DNA of 64,000 nucleotides from Octopus vulgaris (GCA_951406725.2 OX597818.1:95604001-95668000); one strand, 5' to 3'. Counted from the first letter of the stretch, positions 52,001 to 61,284 are shown. A program made the numbers and translations. Notes: generated from the letters alone by a model not told the origin.

Positions 52001-54559
52001 CACTACTTAGTTTATGGATCACAGAGAGATGAAAATCAGAATTGATCCCAGAAGGATCTGAACACAATATAAAAGAGAATGTAACTAAATGCATGGTCTC
52101 TACATCACTGAAGTTGTTGACTATATACCATCTGTATCTTATCCCATTTAATACAGATCTAATTTTATCATTTTGCATCTGGCATGTCCCACTTTACTAA
52201 CTTAGTATTAAACACTTTTATTCTGTACATCTTGAGAGTTATCTCTCTCTGGAACTCTCTTAAGATGTATTTTCTCACTCACAGTTAATCCCTAATAATT
52301 CAACTTGAACATAAATCATACTAATTGCACTTAATTATCACCAACACCTAGTCTCAAATGGCCTGAAATGACTGTAGATGCTATCCTTCCTCATTGAGTT
52401 GAAAATAAAATTTTAAAAATATATAAAAATATTTACTTACGTGTGACCATCCTGCTGACTTGTGGCTGAAATAGTTAAAAGAAATTTAGTAGAATAATTA
52501 CATAAATTTAAATATTAATAATAGTTTCACATCTTCGCACAAGGCCAGCAATTTTTTTAGGAGTGGGGATAAATCAATTACATCAATTCCAGTGCTCAAA
52601 TGGTACTTAATTTATTGACCTGAAAAGTATGAAAGGTAAAGCTGAGCTTAACGGAGTTTGAACTTAGAATGTAAAGCCAGAAAAACTGCTGCTAAATATT
52701 TTGTCCAGCATGGAAACAATTCTGCCAGCTTGCCACTTTACTTTAAATAATAATACAAGACCCAAATTTTGGGAAGAGGTATAAGGTGATTAAACTTTAC
52801 CAGTAGTTATTTTATTGATCCTTTAGGGTGAAAGATAAAGCTGAATTTGGTGGGATTTAAACTTAGAACATGAAAGACAAACCTAAATATAAGCCATTGT
52901 CTGCTAATCTACTGCTTCAGTCTGGCACAAAGGCACAAATAGTGCAAGGATATAGTTGAATTAATCTATTGTCTAGTTTAACACCAGTACATAGTTCTTG
53001 GGTGCCTTTGGCAGGGGCCACCCTGTTGCAAACATTTGGGCTGAGGTCTCTCATCAGATGACGATTTTCACCAGTTTCAGGGGTCAGAGACCAAACTACT
53101 GTATGAAATTTAATCCAGAGAAACGAAAGGCAAAGTTCCTAAAATAAATAACTCTCAGTCAAATACAAAGTTATTTCCAACAACAGTGCTCCACACCCTA
53201 CAAAATATGAGGTATTGTGTAAATGTTAAACATTATCATCTACATCAGGGGGTCACTAATCACCGGGGCATGAAAGAATAAATTTTAAAGTTTAATTTCT
53301 ATTTTATTGACTATTGCTTTCTGTGGAGTATTTTTTGCATTATATATGTAATAATTAAATTATATATTATGAACTTTATTGTCTTTTATTATGCTCGTGA
53401 TCCTCCGATTCGTGGTACAAAAAAAAAAGTTCTAAAGAAACTTCGCACCTACCCCCACCGCGCACAATTTTGTAGTAAAAAGATGCATTTTTGAAAACTT
53501 AAATTGTATTTCACATATCTCATTTTTTACAATTTAATTGATTAGTTGTCAAAAAAAAATTTCGTCCGTTTAAGGCAAACCAATTTTAAAAAACATTTTT
53601 AATTATAAAATTTCATTACAGATGCTGATTCTTCGTTTTCAACTTTTGACAAACTTATAAATTTGAAAATAAAAACAAAATACTAAAAAAAAAATAAATA
53701 AATAAAATTTCTAGGAAATTTCACAAGGGAAATTCCCTGTACCAATGAATCAAAACAAAAGAAATGAAATTTTAAAGTTTTCAATTTCATTTTTAAAACC
53801 TTAGTTTATTTTTTTCAATGACTTTCGTTCAATTTAAATTCCGACAAAATAAATACAATTATATAAACACAGAAAATGATTTGAAACATCTTAAATTTTA
53901 GACTTCGAACCTCTAAACAAATGCAGCGAGCAAAGAATCCATCCGAATTATTGGTTTCTTTTGATAAATGAAGGAATACTAACCATGAATTGAAACCGCA
54001 TCGTCGTCACACCTCACAGGGAACTAATTACACTGATCATTTAATCGATTTCCATTACTTATGCTACAGATTTATGAGACTAACGTCAATTTTCACAATA
54101 GCATCAACAATGTAAATCAATCTCAACAAAGATATGTGAGAATTCCATCGATCAACAAGAGGCCATTCGTATAAATTATTGAAGGAACATACAGGACAAG
54201 ATTAGGAGCCATGGAAACTGGGAATCGATTACCAATAAAGGATTTCGAGTCACAGACAACAAACTAATTACAGAATAAACTTGTTAGATATTAGAACATT
54301 CGTTATAAAAGTTCCCCTCTAATATGCAGAAAAGGTAGGCCGATGTAAATAATCAACAAGTTATAATTTCCTAAAACTTTGTGTAGAGATATTGTTCCTT
54401 TTGTTTCCTTTCTGACGAATTTTTAAAGACACGAACATCAGTGAAACGTCATTAATTCCCGACTTAGATACACAATTAACAAAAGTTTACAACTTAATTA
54501 ACCAGGTCCCTAAGTGAACCGGTGTCGGTAGAAATGTCTTCCTGGAACATAGGGTCCAT
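15331..54559 (-). CDS. FBF1: Fas-binding factor 1 homolog (ciliary transition-fibre/distal appendage protein), spliced gene of about 1,090 codons
   Basis: Phase-consistent GT-AG exons (5'->3'): 54503-54559, 52441-52465, 51384-51409, 50113-50141, 49146-49245, 47785-47989, [unresolved exon ending at 46016], 43115-43309, 42125-42227, 40463-41057, 33055-33336, 32050-32150, 31335-31649, 30113-30494, 26156-26299, 24865-25083, 22594-23004, 15331-15414. Motifs EDFYANMAAVAEEESDLSLSDVDADQLAKSLADLDDMDADLFG, VTFNNEDDIFDELGLNDSP, FGSYVPSV, DDWLG, a long C-terminal coiled coil and terminal DQEFLFGENLYLATL parallel vertebrate FBF1 as recalled. Confidence 0.88.
16190..16345 (-). mobile_element. Penelope-like pLTR fragment with a degenerate hammerhead motif (16281-16316)
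   Basis: On the - strand: cttt-CTGTCAA-a-gagc-atag-gctt-GAAA-ca-TC-agag. Confidence 0.4.
16347..19750 (+). mobile_element. RTE-clade LINE, 5'-truncated and young (APE-RT-PHD-C-terminus, 3' UTR, (GAT)n tail)
   Basis: ORF 16421-18163 has APE motifs (AYAPQ, GDFNGHVG, SQIDCIL, PQHRLVV) and RT motifs (NYRGIKLL, QFGFMPGKST, AFVDMEKAFD, GVHQGSVLSP). YADD follows a frameshift (~18217). Later pieces at 18277-18540, 18545-18844 and 18837-19154 (RLRWYGHVARM, RGRGRPRKTW). The 3' UTR ends ccatgctagcatgg..gacgttaaac(gat)n. Confidence 0.95.
22180..22568 (+). mobile_element. tRNA-head SINE (tggctgtgtgg A-box / ggttcagt B-box family) with an internal TA/TG microsatellite
   Basis: Highly similar to 25584-25990. 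Other copies at ~8388-8548, 8580-8735(-), 20800-20950(-), 24600-24758(-), 40260-40435(-), 45650-45800, 51805-51968(-), 62553-62815, 63540-63920(-). Confidence 0.75.
22594..23004 (-). CDS. FBF1: FBF1 exon (coiled coil, HLCFRCR)
   Basis: atttag|AAT...AAG|gtaaga, 411 nt, phase 0/0. Matches ORF 22579-22944. Confidence 0.88.
24865..25083 (-). CDS. FBF1: FBF1 exon
   Basis: cttacag|ATT...ACA|gtaagt, 219 nt. IETEFDVTMKALSEE...VESLYT. Confidence 0.88.
25584..25990 (+). mobile_element. tRNA-head SINE, full-length young copy
   Basis: ggcgcaggagtggctgtgtggtaagaagcttgcttccc...ggttcagtcc...caccttgggcaagtg...gactgaaacaagtaaaagag. Confidence 0.75.
26156..26299 (-). CDS. FBF1: FBF1 exon
   Basis: gatag|AAA...AAG|gtaaag, 144 nt. 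KDLLEEQKRLMTQLVEERRALAEEK... Confidence 0.85.
26710..29330 (+). mobile_element. RTE-clade LINE, degraded copy of the same family as 16347-19750
   Basis: Broken ORFs 27227-27496, 27532-27933 and 27955-28239 align to the first copy (NYRGIKLL, QFGFVPGRST, WSCLICGKGVGRNSI). Same 3' UTR motifs and (GAT)n tail. Confidence 0.92.
29351..29442. repeat. Perfect inverted repeat with 39-bp arms and a 14-nt loop
   Basis: atgctgctttgttatatttcagatttgtcaaatagttaa (29351-29389) is the exact reverse complement of 29404-29442. Confidence 0.95.
30113..30494 (-). CDS. FBF1: FBF1 exon
   Basis: ttatag|A TCT...AGG|gtaagt, 382 nt. SLNIVMEKM...ERLRLEGLIERLE... Confidence 0.88.
31335..31649 (-). CDS. FBF1: FBF1 exon
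   Basis: ttccag|A TCC...AG|gtaaga, 315 nt. SRFQLMEDTQQEREVRLRKENEEL... Confidence 0.88.
32050..32150 (-). CDS. FBF1: FBF1 exon
   Basis: caatag|ATA...AA|gtgagt, 101 nt. IHRLQIEKEHLTMLNETIQKRCNEEIKAVEQSY. Confidence 0.85.
33055..33336 (-). CDS. FBF1: FBF1 exon
   Basis: ttaacag|GTG...AAG|gtaatg, 282 nt. Ends LATLAEAEIK. Confidence 0.82.
34161..34915 (-). mobile_element. Tc1/mariner-superfamily transposon relic (maT/DD37D-like), 3' part
   Basis: - strand reads WPPNSPDCNPLDYYVLGAVEQETNKTPCNTKDELKARIMATF. Terminus TA-CAGGGTG at 34161. Confidence 0.8.
34934..35310 (-). mobile_element. 3' fragment of a different LINE (RTE/BovB-like C-terminus with C2H2-like fingers)
   Basis: VKENLKKLDMNKSDWEKDVLDRNKWRGAVRTG...KAGYVYHMKSH...CVICHKTCKTVSGLKRH. 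Confidence 0.7.
35396..39190 (-). mobile_element. Full-length hAT DNA transposon (3,795 bp)
   Basis: TIRs CAGTGGCGTGC (35396) and GCACGCCCCTG (ending 39190) match at 10/11. Flanked by 8-bp ATATATAT within a TA microsatellite. Internal transposase. Confidence 0.92.
36344..38485 (-). pseudogene. hAT transposase (ZMYM1-like: TTF-type Zn finger, DUF4371, hATC dimerisation domain), 713 codons with a single in-frame TGA
   Basis: ORFs 38030-38485 and 36344-38029 are in one frame, separated only by TGA at 38030-38032. Motifs LFCWPCLLF, LSFRGH, ILVDETSDVS, QTYDGAATMAG, FIHCCAHILNL, TRWN, STTASVERSFSAL, RLSGLALMSIE. Confidence 0.9.
39551..39589 (-). ncRNA. Minimal type-I hammerhead ribozyme variant (U3-A8) in a Penelope-like repeat (~39430-39660)
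   Basis: aatat-TTGATAA-gat-aagcac-atc-GAAA-ccag-TT-atatt: stem I 5 bp, stem II 3 bp, GUU triplet. Confidence 0.55.
40463..41057 (-). CDS. FBF1: FBF1 exon (disordered region with DDWLG motifs)
   Basis: gatag|A GTG...ACG|gtaaat, 595 nt. Matches ORF 40421-41056. Confidence 0.85.
42125..42227 (-). CDS. FBF1: FBF1 exon
   Basis: tgccag|CA...AG|gtgagc, 103 nt. EEDAVFGSYVPSVAASSS. Confidence 0.82.
42292..42568. repeat. Long inverted repeat (about 130-bp arms), Penelope-like, with a hammerhead-like motif
   Basis: ORFs 42298-42549(+) and 42312-42587(-) are near-identical translations, showing self-complementarity. A unique tail continues to ~42632. Confidence 0.9.
43115..43309 (-). CDS. FBF1: FBF1 exon
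   Basis: ttccag|GA...G|gtaaac, 195 nt. PATKKAVTFNNEDDIFDELGLNDSP... Confidence 0.85.
43655..45517 (-). mobile_element. RTE-clade LINE of a second subfamily, degraded and truncated just after YADD
   Basis: GGVGVLV..RRKSDRV, GDFNGHVG, EHRLVVAD, WWWNEEV, YRGVKLL, QFRFMPGRGT, GVHQGSVLSPLL and LYADD in broken - strand ORFs. Confidence 0.92.
46057..47045. repeat. (TATG)n microsatellite: about 85 bp run at 46057-46142 and about 815 bp uninterrupted run at 46231-47045
   Basis: Read directly. It produces the spurious YIHT/MYVC ORFs. Confidence 0.98.
47046..47401 (+). mobile_element. Mariner (DD34D-type) transposase 3' relic
   Basis: HPHFPDLAPSD.DLFP / MKKHLAGNHYHSDNDIISVVDNFFEQQDESFFTNVIQALQHQWKCVD. 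Confidence 0.85.
47785..47989 (-). CDS. FBF1: FBF1 exon
   Basis: ttgtag|GAT...T|gtaaat, 205 nt. DLDDMDADLFGGRKK... Confidence 0.85.
49146..49245 (-). CDS. FBF1: FBF1 exon
   Basis: catttag|C AGT...GCT|gtaagt, 100 nt. SEDFYANMAAVAEEESDLSLSDVDADQLAKSLA. Confidence 0.85.
49271..49683 (-). mobile_element. Solo LTR (413 bp), young
   Basis: TGTA...TACA termini. 4-bp TSD ATAT at 49267-49270 and 49684-49687. AATAAA on the - strand (~49385-49390). CpG-rich against a CpG-poor background. Confidence 0.8.
50113..50141 (-). CDS. FBF1: FBF1 micro-exon (29 nt)
   Basis: ttgatag|GAC AAT GAT AAA CCT AAG CCA AGT ATC AG|gtacgt. Phase 0/2 fits both neighbours. Confidence 0.7.
50585..50862 (+). mobile_element. 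RTE 3'-UTR-derived short element
   Basis: Three gtgcNggtggcaYRtaaaaagcac units, then ggagtggttggcgttagg..ccagctgtagaaac and a (gat)n tail, as at 19360-19750. Similar 3'-end fragments at 1-140, 10840-11030, 12880-13075, 25290-25520(-), 31095-31290(-), 33935-34065, 60600-60735(-), 63040-63250. Confidence 0.8.
51384..51409 (-). CDS. FBF1: FBF1 micro-exon (26 nt)
   Basis: ttttcag|GA CCT AAG ACT GCT AGA AGA CCT TTG|gtaagt. Phase 1/0. Confidence 0.7.
52441..52465 (-). CDS. FBF1: FBF1 micro-exon (25 nt)
   Basis: atttcag|CCA CAA GTC AGC AGG ATG GTC ACA C|gtaagt. Phase 0/1. Confidence 0.7.
54205..54218. promoter_or_regulatory. RFX X-box-like motif in the FBF1 5' region
   Basis: GGAGCCATGGAAAC, with a strong ATGGAAAC half-site, about 220 bp upstream of the ATG|gttagt candidate first exon. 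Confidence 0.35.
54503..54559 (-). CDS. FBF1: FBF1 candidate first coding exon; an alternative is an ATG-only exon end at 53984-53986
   Basis: gcagcgATG GAC CCT ATG TTC...GAC CTG|gttaat (MDPMFQEDISTDTGSLRDL), phase 0, in a CpG-containing promoter-like region. Confidence 0.5.
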
Positions 54560-56281
54560 CGCTGCCACAACAAATTCATGACCAAACGATATAATGGGGT
54601 ATCTGCGCTTTTACGTTCCTAAATTCAAAATTGGCCCTAAATATGTATACATGTATTTATGTATATTTTGTTGTTATTTACTTCCCAAAGAACTGGGGAC
54701 CAACAATGAAACACATGCAGATGGAATTTAGGATCGTTAAAGTGGAGGATACCCTAAAAATGTAACAAAATGAACGGACAGAGTCGATAGTCACTGAGAC
54801 GGTTGCAAAAAAATGCAACGAAAGAGCTTTGACAAAAAAAATTGGTTATTTAATAAATGAGAGGAATTGAACCAGTGTGTGTGTGTTAATTATAGTGGCA
54901 TGATGACTCTCCATAGACGTAACAAAATAAATTACCAGATCAATGACATTAATTACGTCAATATTTACGGAAAGTTCATAAGAGTAAAACAAAATAATTT
55001 TGGTGTGAGGAAAACATTGCATCTCTCTTCTACAAAGATTTGTTTTTCCCCACGAAATGTCTTCTTTTCCTTCATAACAACATAGTTTATTCCACTTCAC
55101 AAACTTTTCACTATTTGGTTTTCACTATTTGCCGACGACACAGACTGTTACTAGTTGCATTGGATAAATAGTTTCTGATTTAGGCACAAAGCCGGCAATT
55201 TTTAGGAAAGGGGTTGGTCGATACCATCGTTCTCAGTACTTAACTGGTACTTTATTTTATTGTCCCCCAGGGTGCAAAATGAAAGACAAAGTTAACTTTG
55301 ACAGGATTTACCTCAGAAACATTTGCATCTTTTTACTGATTTCTTTTTTCTTTTATTCTTTTTATTTCTGCATTTTCTTCCTGTTTACTTTTGAATATTT
55401 ATAATAATAATTGTCCATTATAAATATTGCATATATATTTAATTTTGTACAATATACATAGTTAAAAACGATTTTTTTTGTTGCATAAATTTAAATCTAA
55501 TTTCGATTTTTTTAATAGTCAGAATCAAATGCTTTTACTTCTAGGTATTCCAGCTTGACATCCAAAAGTTCATTATCGTCTGTTATTTTACAGGGCTGTA
55601 ACAGACTTGATAGAATGAGTAATGATCACCTGGTAGAAATAACTTAATTTCCCTCAAATCACATCCAGCATAACAGGGGTGGGGTGCCAAACTGTAGTTA
55701 TGCCTCCTCATCCTACAGTCTCAAAACACGGGACAGTGACATCTGGAATGTCTTTGATCATATGTTTGTTGGATCAAGACTATCGTAAAGTTAAACAATA
55801 ACTTCATTAATTTAGCAATAAATGCTACTGTAATTTAAACTAAAATCTGTGTATTTGGTGTTGTAACACCATATTCGGTTAACTTGGTGAGTTTGTTTCA
55901 ATTAAGGAAACTATATATAAACTATGCTAACAAAATTTAAAATACGTATCAAATTATGATGAAATATGTCCAAAGTAAGAGATAGAAAGTTCAAATACAG
56001 ATTTATATTATTGAAGTAAAAAAATATTTGAAATATTTTTTATCAGACATATCATCATTATTTTAACTGAAAAGTTAAATCTTCGAATTTATAAAATAAT
56101 ATTAAAACAAAGATAAGTTGTTATTAGATAAGGAAAAAGCAGACAGACGGTATAATTATGTATAATTGAACTTCACCTGATTTCAGACACCGGCCCCAGG
56201 ATGGTAGCTGTTACTGTTGGTGGTGTCCATTTATTTATGATAGAGTCACAACTGACATTTTTCGCTCGCTGCTACGTCATT

Positions 56282-56295
56282 GCTGTCATAGCAAC
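56282..56295. promoter_or_regulatory. RFX X-box-like motif upstream of NME5
   Basis: GCTGTCATAGCAAC has one mismatch to GTHNYYATRRNAAC and lies about 310 bp before the NME5 ATG. A TACGTCA CRE-like half site is adjacent. Confidence 0.5.
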
Positions 56296-56605
56296 TACTA
56301 ACACAACAATGTTGGAAAGAAGGGAACGATTAGTAAAAGAATGAGAAAGATAAAGCGGAGGAGAAAGAGAGGGTGAGAAAAAGAGAGACAAAGACAAAGG
56401 GTTTGAAAGAGAGGGAGAGGAATAGGGGGAGAGAATGAAAAGGAGAAAGATATGAAGGAAAATAAGAGAGCGAGTGTTGAGTAATATCATGAAAAAGAAA
56501 AATATAGAGGGAAGATAGGGACAGTTTGAGAGAGAGAGAGAGAGAAAGAGAGAGAGTGAGTGTTTATTGAATATATAGAACCATAACTGAAATAAAACTT
56601 CAGCA

Positions 56606-56740
56606 ATGACTGAAAAAGTAAAAAGATGTCATCCCAAAGCCTATGTTGATAAAACTTTAGCTATCATTAAACCAGAAGCTGTGAAATATGCTGATGTTAT
56701 AGAAGATATTATTCTACGGACAGGTTTCACTATTGTCAAT
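56606..56740 (+). CDS. NME5: Nucleoside diphosphate kinase homolog 5, first coding exon
   Basis: MTEKVKRCHPKAYVDKTLAIIKPEAVKYADVIEDIILRTGFTIVN|gtaagt matches the NME5 N-terminal pattern YVEKTLAIIKP..IILRSGFTIV. Confidence 0.92.
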
Positions 56741-56959
56741 GTAAGTACCTCAAATGTTGCACATATATGTTGATAGTCTCTTCCTTCTGTTTTTGGTTGC
56801 CTACCACTTTAATGTTTGGTAGTGATGGTATTGGTGGTGGAGTTTTTCAGTACATATTCTAGGTCAGCCCTTATCCAACATATCTATAATTTAAGACATT
56901 TTAGCCGTGACTATCTGTTGTTTTTATATCGTGGATCACTTTGTTTAAAGTATCCTTCT

Positions 56960-57114
56960 CAGGCGCGATCCTAGGAATTTTTCGAAGAAAGGGCACAAGG
57001 TCAGAAGGAATACAATTCTAGGAGAAAAGAGCGTAATAACATTATTTAGAAAGGCACACTTCTTTTCTTGAGGAGGGCACGTATCCCACAACCCTCCACC
57101 TGGGTCCGCCCCTG
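56960..57114. mobile_element. Short hAT-like MITE
   Basis: Imperfect TIRs CAGGCGCGATCC / GGTCCGCCCCTG with internal AGGGCAC repeats. No clear TSD. Confidence 0.45.
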
Positions 57115-58211
57115 CTTCTTTATTTAAGGTGGTAGAGTTTAGATTTAAAGATTTGACTACTATTTCTTGCAGGTCGAGCGATCACTTACAGGCTCCCCCG
57201 CCCCCGTTTCTATGTCTAAGGCATTTCAGGCAAGACCATCTTGTCTTTTTTTTACAACCAGTACTATATTATTGAGGGTGCCACTGGATTTTTTTTAGAT
57301 AGCAGGATATATTTTAAAACGAGATTTACCAGCTGATTCATGTTGGTTGAATGACTATGTAGAAGCTCCATTATTAGCTCATGCTGTGGTATTGACTGTG
57401 ATGTTGTCAATGATGGAGAAATAATGAAGACAATGGTGATGATGGTGGTGATAGCAATAGTTTTAATAGTTTCAGTCAGGATGTGGTAGAAAGCCTCAGT
57501 ATTTTGATGATCCTTATAGAGACACAAAGTGATTAATTCAAGGCCTGAGAGAGGTAGTGACAAATCAAGAAGAAATGGGTATGTCAAGCTATTTAGCTCC
57601 TCTACAGTAAGAAGCCTGTTCTGTTTTGGCCCTTTCTTATACTTGAACCCCTCATCACCTAGCACAAATCTGTTTCCCTCTCTACTGCAGCCCAGTCTGT
57701 CAAAGGAGATCATAGTTTTGTAAGTCACATGGCGACCTCACTAGTGCTGGTGCCATGAAAAAGCACCCAATACAGTCTGTAAAGTGGTTGGCATGCAGCT
57801 ATAGAGAACATGTCAAAGCAGATACTGGAGCCAGCATGTAAGACATATATTAAAAGATGACAATGAGGATGATAATGAATTTTATCAACATGTAACCTCC
57901 TCTTTAGCATATAAATAACCCTCATGTTTAACACCACCACTTGAGTGTTGGAAAGCTTGGATCACAACTCTAGTTCTCTTCCTATCTATGATTTTTTTAC
58001 ACACATTGATCTTTAGATGCATATTTTGAGCTGCAGCAGCATCAGTGTCACCTGAGTGAGAGAGAGAGGTAGTAATACAAGTTATAGAGCATGGTACTGC
58101 CTCTCCTCTCCTCTCCTCTCCTAATTAACTTATTAAAGGAAATGTTACACACTGCCCACCCAACATACATGTATCACCAACTACCTGCTCAAGAAGCCAT
58201 ATCAACCTTAA

Positions 58212-58431
58212 CCCTTCCGTTACTGTATTTATTTTGAGATGCTCTATGTTTCTTTCAATTACTTTAATTATAACAAAGAATTTAGTAAAATAACTTAGTT
58301 ATCATTCAGCTGGTGTTAGGAACATAAAGTGTGACTAAGGTTTGGTGGAAGATTTTAATTAAAATCTTATGAAAACAAAACATTTGTACTCAGAGCCAGA
58401 GCCGGTTTCAGCCGGGTTGGTAACGAAAGGA
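58212..58431. mobile_element. piggyBac-type MITE
   Basis: TTAA-CCCTTCCGTTAC ... GTAACGAAAGGA-TTAA. Confidence 0.75.
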
Positions 58432-58954
58432 TTAACTAATGTGACAAACTAGCAAAAGTTACAGAGTCAGAAAAAAATCCTTTGCAGTATTTCAAATCCT
58501 ACTGAGGCCAGCTTTGTCTTTCTTCCCTTGACTGGCACTCTGTCAGTTATGACGACAAGAGTTCCAGTTGATCTGATCCACAAAACAGCCAGCTCATAAA
58601 ATCAATGTCTACAGCACAATTACTCTTAACATAGATCTTAGGGAGATTCAGCATGATACAGAATGTGACAAGGCCAGCCCTTTTGAATTACAGGTACAAC
58701 TTATTTTGGTGAGCTGAGTAGACTGGAGCAACATGAAATAAAGTGTTCTGCTCACAGATACAACATGTCTGGGAATCGAACTCACGATCATGAACCAATT
58801 ACCCTAACCACTAAGCTACGCGCCTTCCCTTTGGTGTCAATAAAGTAAAGTAGCAGTCATATACTGGTGTTAGCAGAATTGACTAATCTTCTCCCTTCAA
58901 AATTGCTGGCCATATGCCTAAATCAGAGACTATTATCTCAACTATTTATTTCAG

Positions 58955-59160
58955 AGACGCCGTGTTCACATGACACCAGAACAAGCCAGCGACTTCTATA
59001 GCGAACATTTTGGTAAGATGTTCTTCACCAAACTGGTGGAATATATGAGCCAGGGACCCATTATCTGCCTTATAATAGCAAGGGACAATGCTATCACCAC
59101 TTGGGAGGAGCTGATGGGGCCTACAAATACATTCAATGCACGAGAAACCTATCCAGACAG
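58955..59160 (+). CDS. NME5: NME5 second coding exon; remaining exons lie beyond the window
   Basis: tttcag|AGA CGC CGT...GAC AG|gtagaa. RRRVHMTPEQASDFYSEHFGKMFFTKLVEYMSQGPII...LMGPTNTFNARETYPD. GKMFF is characteristic of NME5. Confidence 0.93.
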
Positions 59161-59334
59161 GTAGAAACTATTATTATTATTAATATTATTATTCATTTCA
59201 TCATTTAATATTGTCCTAAATGTTTTGGGCCCTTGTGGTCTATAAAACAAATTATTATTACCATTGTCATTGTTGTTGTTGTTGTTGTTCTTCTTCTTCT
59301 TCTTAGTGGTTAATAAAGAAAGTATTATTATTAT

Positions 59335-59915
59335 TGTTTTACTTCTCAGAGCGCTCAGTCTTGTTTGCTCTCATTGATTTTGTGAGAGTGGACAGCAGTC
59401 ATTTGTCAGGTGTCTCACGGGGTCTCTTTTCACACATTATAAGCTTTGATACTAGGTTGTTAATTACCGTGGAAGACATTCAACATCCAAGTACCAATCT
59501 CAAAATCCTAGCTGTCAGCAGCAGAGCAATTTTGGAGGTTTGCTCTGCTCTCATGTCAATTCCGATTTTTCTGTTATATTTCTTGAACTTGGTTCTTATT
59601 GGTCTGAGTGCCCCTTATTATTACTATTATTATTGTTTTTTAACTGAGGTTTTGTTGGAACCCCTGGAGTCTTGCATGTGTAGCAGTTTCACTGCCTCTA
59701 GCGTACAACACTATGCTATCTGTTCTTTTCAGCTATCTAATATTTTCCTGATTATTCTGGCTGTGCCAAGGAGGCAAACCTTTTGTAGAAGTTCTACTGG
59801 GCACTCTATTCCAATTTAACTTCATATTCCTCTTGATGCCTTCTGATACTGTCCCCAAGGACCCAACTATAATTGGCACTATCTTCACCTTCTTCATTTT
59901 CTATACCCTAGCTAT
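59335..59915 (-). mobile_element. Two tandem 3' fragments of R4/Dong-like (RLE-type) non-LTR elements in (TAA)n runs
   Basis: - strand reads VKIVPIIVGSLGTVS..IGIECPVELLQKVCLLGTARIIRKILDS* and GALRPIRTKFKKYNRKIGIDMRAEQTSKIALLLTARILRLVLGC*. Each is followed by a short UTR and TAA repeats. Confidence 0.7.
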
Positions 59916-61243
59916 TTTGTTGTTGCTGGCACAATCATTAGCATGCTGGACAAAATGCTGCTAAGCATCTTTGTGTTCTAAGTTCAAATTCCACCAAGGT
60001 TGACTTTGCCTTTCATCCCTTTGGGGTCAATGAAATAAGTGTCAATCAAGCACTGGGTTCGATGTAATTGACTTACCCCTCCCCCAAAATTTCAGGCCTT
60101 GTGCCTATAATAGAAAGGATTATTATTATTATTATTAATTTTATTATCATTTGTTGTTGGATTTTGACAAGAAAGTCACATTTCATGGTGGCTCAGTCAA
60201 TTTTCTGAAAATGTCATCATTTTTGCTTGCCTGAAAATTTACCCTTACTGTTTCCTATTGTGAATTGCACTGTAGAGTTCACCCACATCTCTTTGGTGTG
60301 ATTTTCCTTTTTGCCTGACTCACCCTTTCAAAGGAATCATCTATTTCAAATTTGGGTTATCTAAACTTCATAATTCCTTTAAAATATATCTGTACCAAGA
60401 GAGTTGATATATACATAAAAAAAATAAAATGAATTCATAGTAATTAAGAGCCCAATTAATAACGTTGTTGAACTCCAATGTTATTACATTGCAGTAAATC
60501 GAAATAGAATCAACTTCTATCTATATATATAATCAGCTAAAACAATCTTTTACCACAACATATTTAGAATAAAAAGCAGAAAAGCATAAATTTCACATAT
60601 ATCATCATCGTTTAACGTCCGCTTTCCATGTTAGCATGGGTTGGACGATTTGACTGAGGTCTGGCGAATCAGATGGCTGCACCAGACTCCAATCTGATCT
60701 GGCAGAGTTTCTACAGCTGGATGTCCTTCCTTAATGATATAATTATACTCAACAACTGTTTCATTAGCATGAGCATCATTAAATCCATAATTACAGAGTT
60801 AAGATACATAATTAATTTATGTAAATTAAATTAATTTAAAAGCAATGTTTACACAGATCATCAGCAGTACTACATAATGCTTTAGGTAAACATTACTTTC
60901 AAATTCATTTAAAATAAATTAATTATATGTCTTGGTTGCATAATCATGAAATTAATGATATTTATGCTGCCGAAACAACTATTGAGCAAAATTAAATGAT
61001 GAACTATGTATGAAATTTATGCTTTTCTGCTTCTTATTTTAAATATGAATATTACATTTCTAAATATCTCAAAGAGATATAAGCAGTGGTGGTACGATAG
61101 AGTAGTTGTATACTGTCAACTTAATGTGACAGTCCCATGAAGGGAATCGCACCACTGTTATTTAGCCCTAGGAAGCATCATATTTCCTGTTTCCTTATAT
61201 TTACAAGGGGGAGACAAGTACCCCCACCCAGCAAAGCCTGCAA

Positions 61244-61284
61244 CCAGAGACTAGTTTCTGAGTATTTGCTCATCATCAGTCTGG
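61244..61284 (-). ncRNA. Minimal type-I hammerhead ribozyme (canonical core), antisense copy
   Basis: - strand: ccaga-CTGATGA-tgag-caaata-ctca-GAAA-ctag-TC-tctgg. Confidence 0.85.

Noticed and set aside
53040-53100. CTGATGA on the - strand as another hammerhead
   Set aside because: No downstream stem II-GAAA-stem III arrangement could be built.
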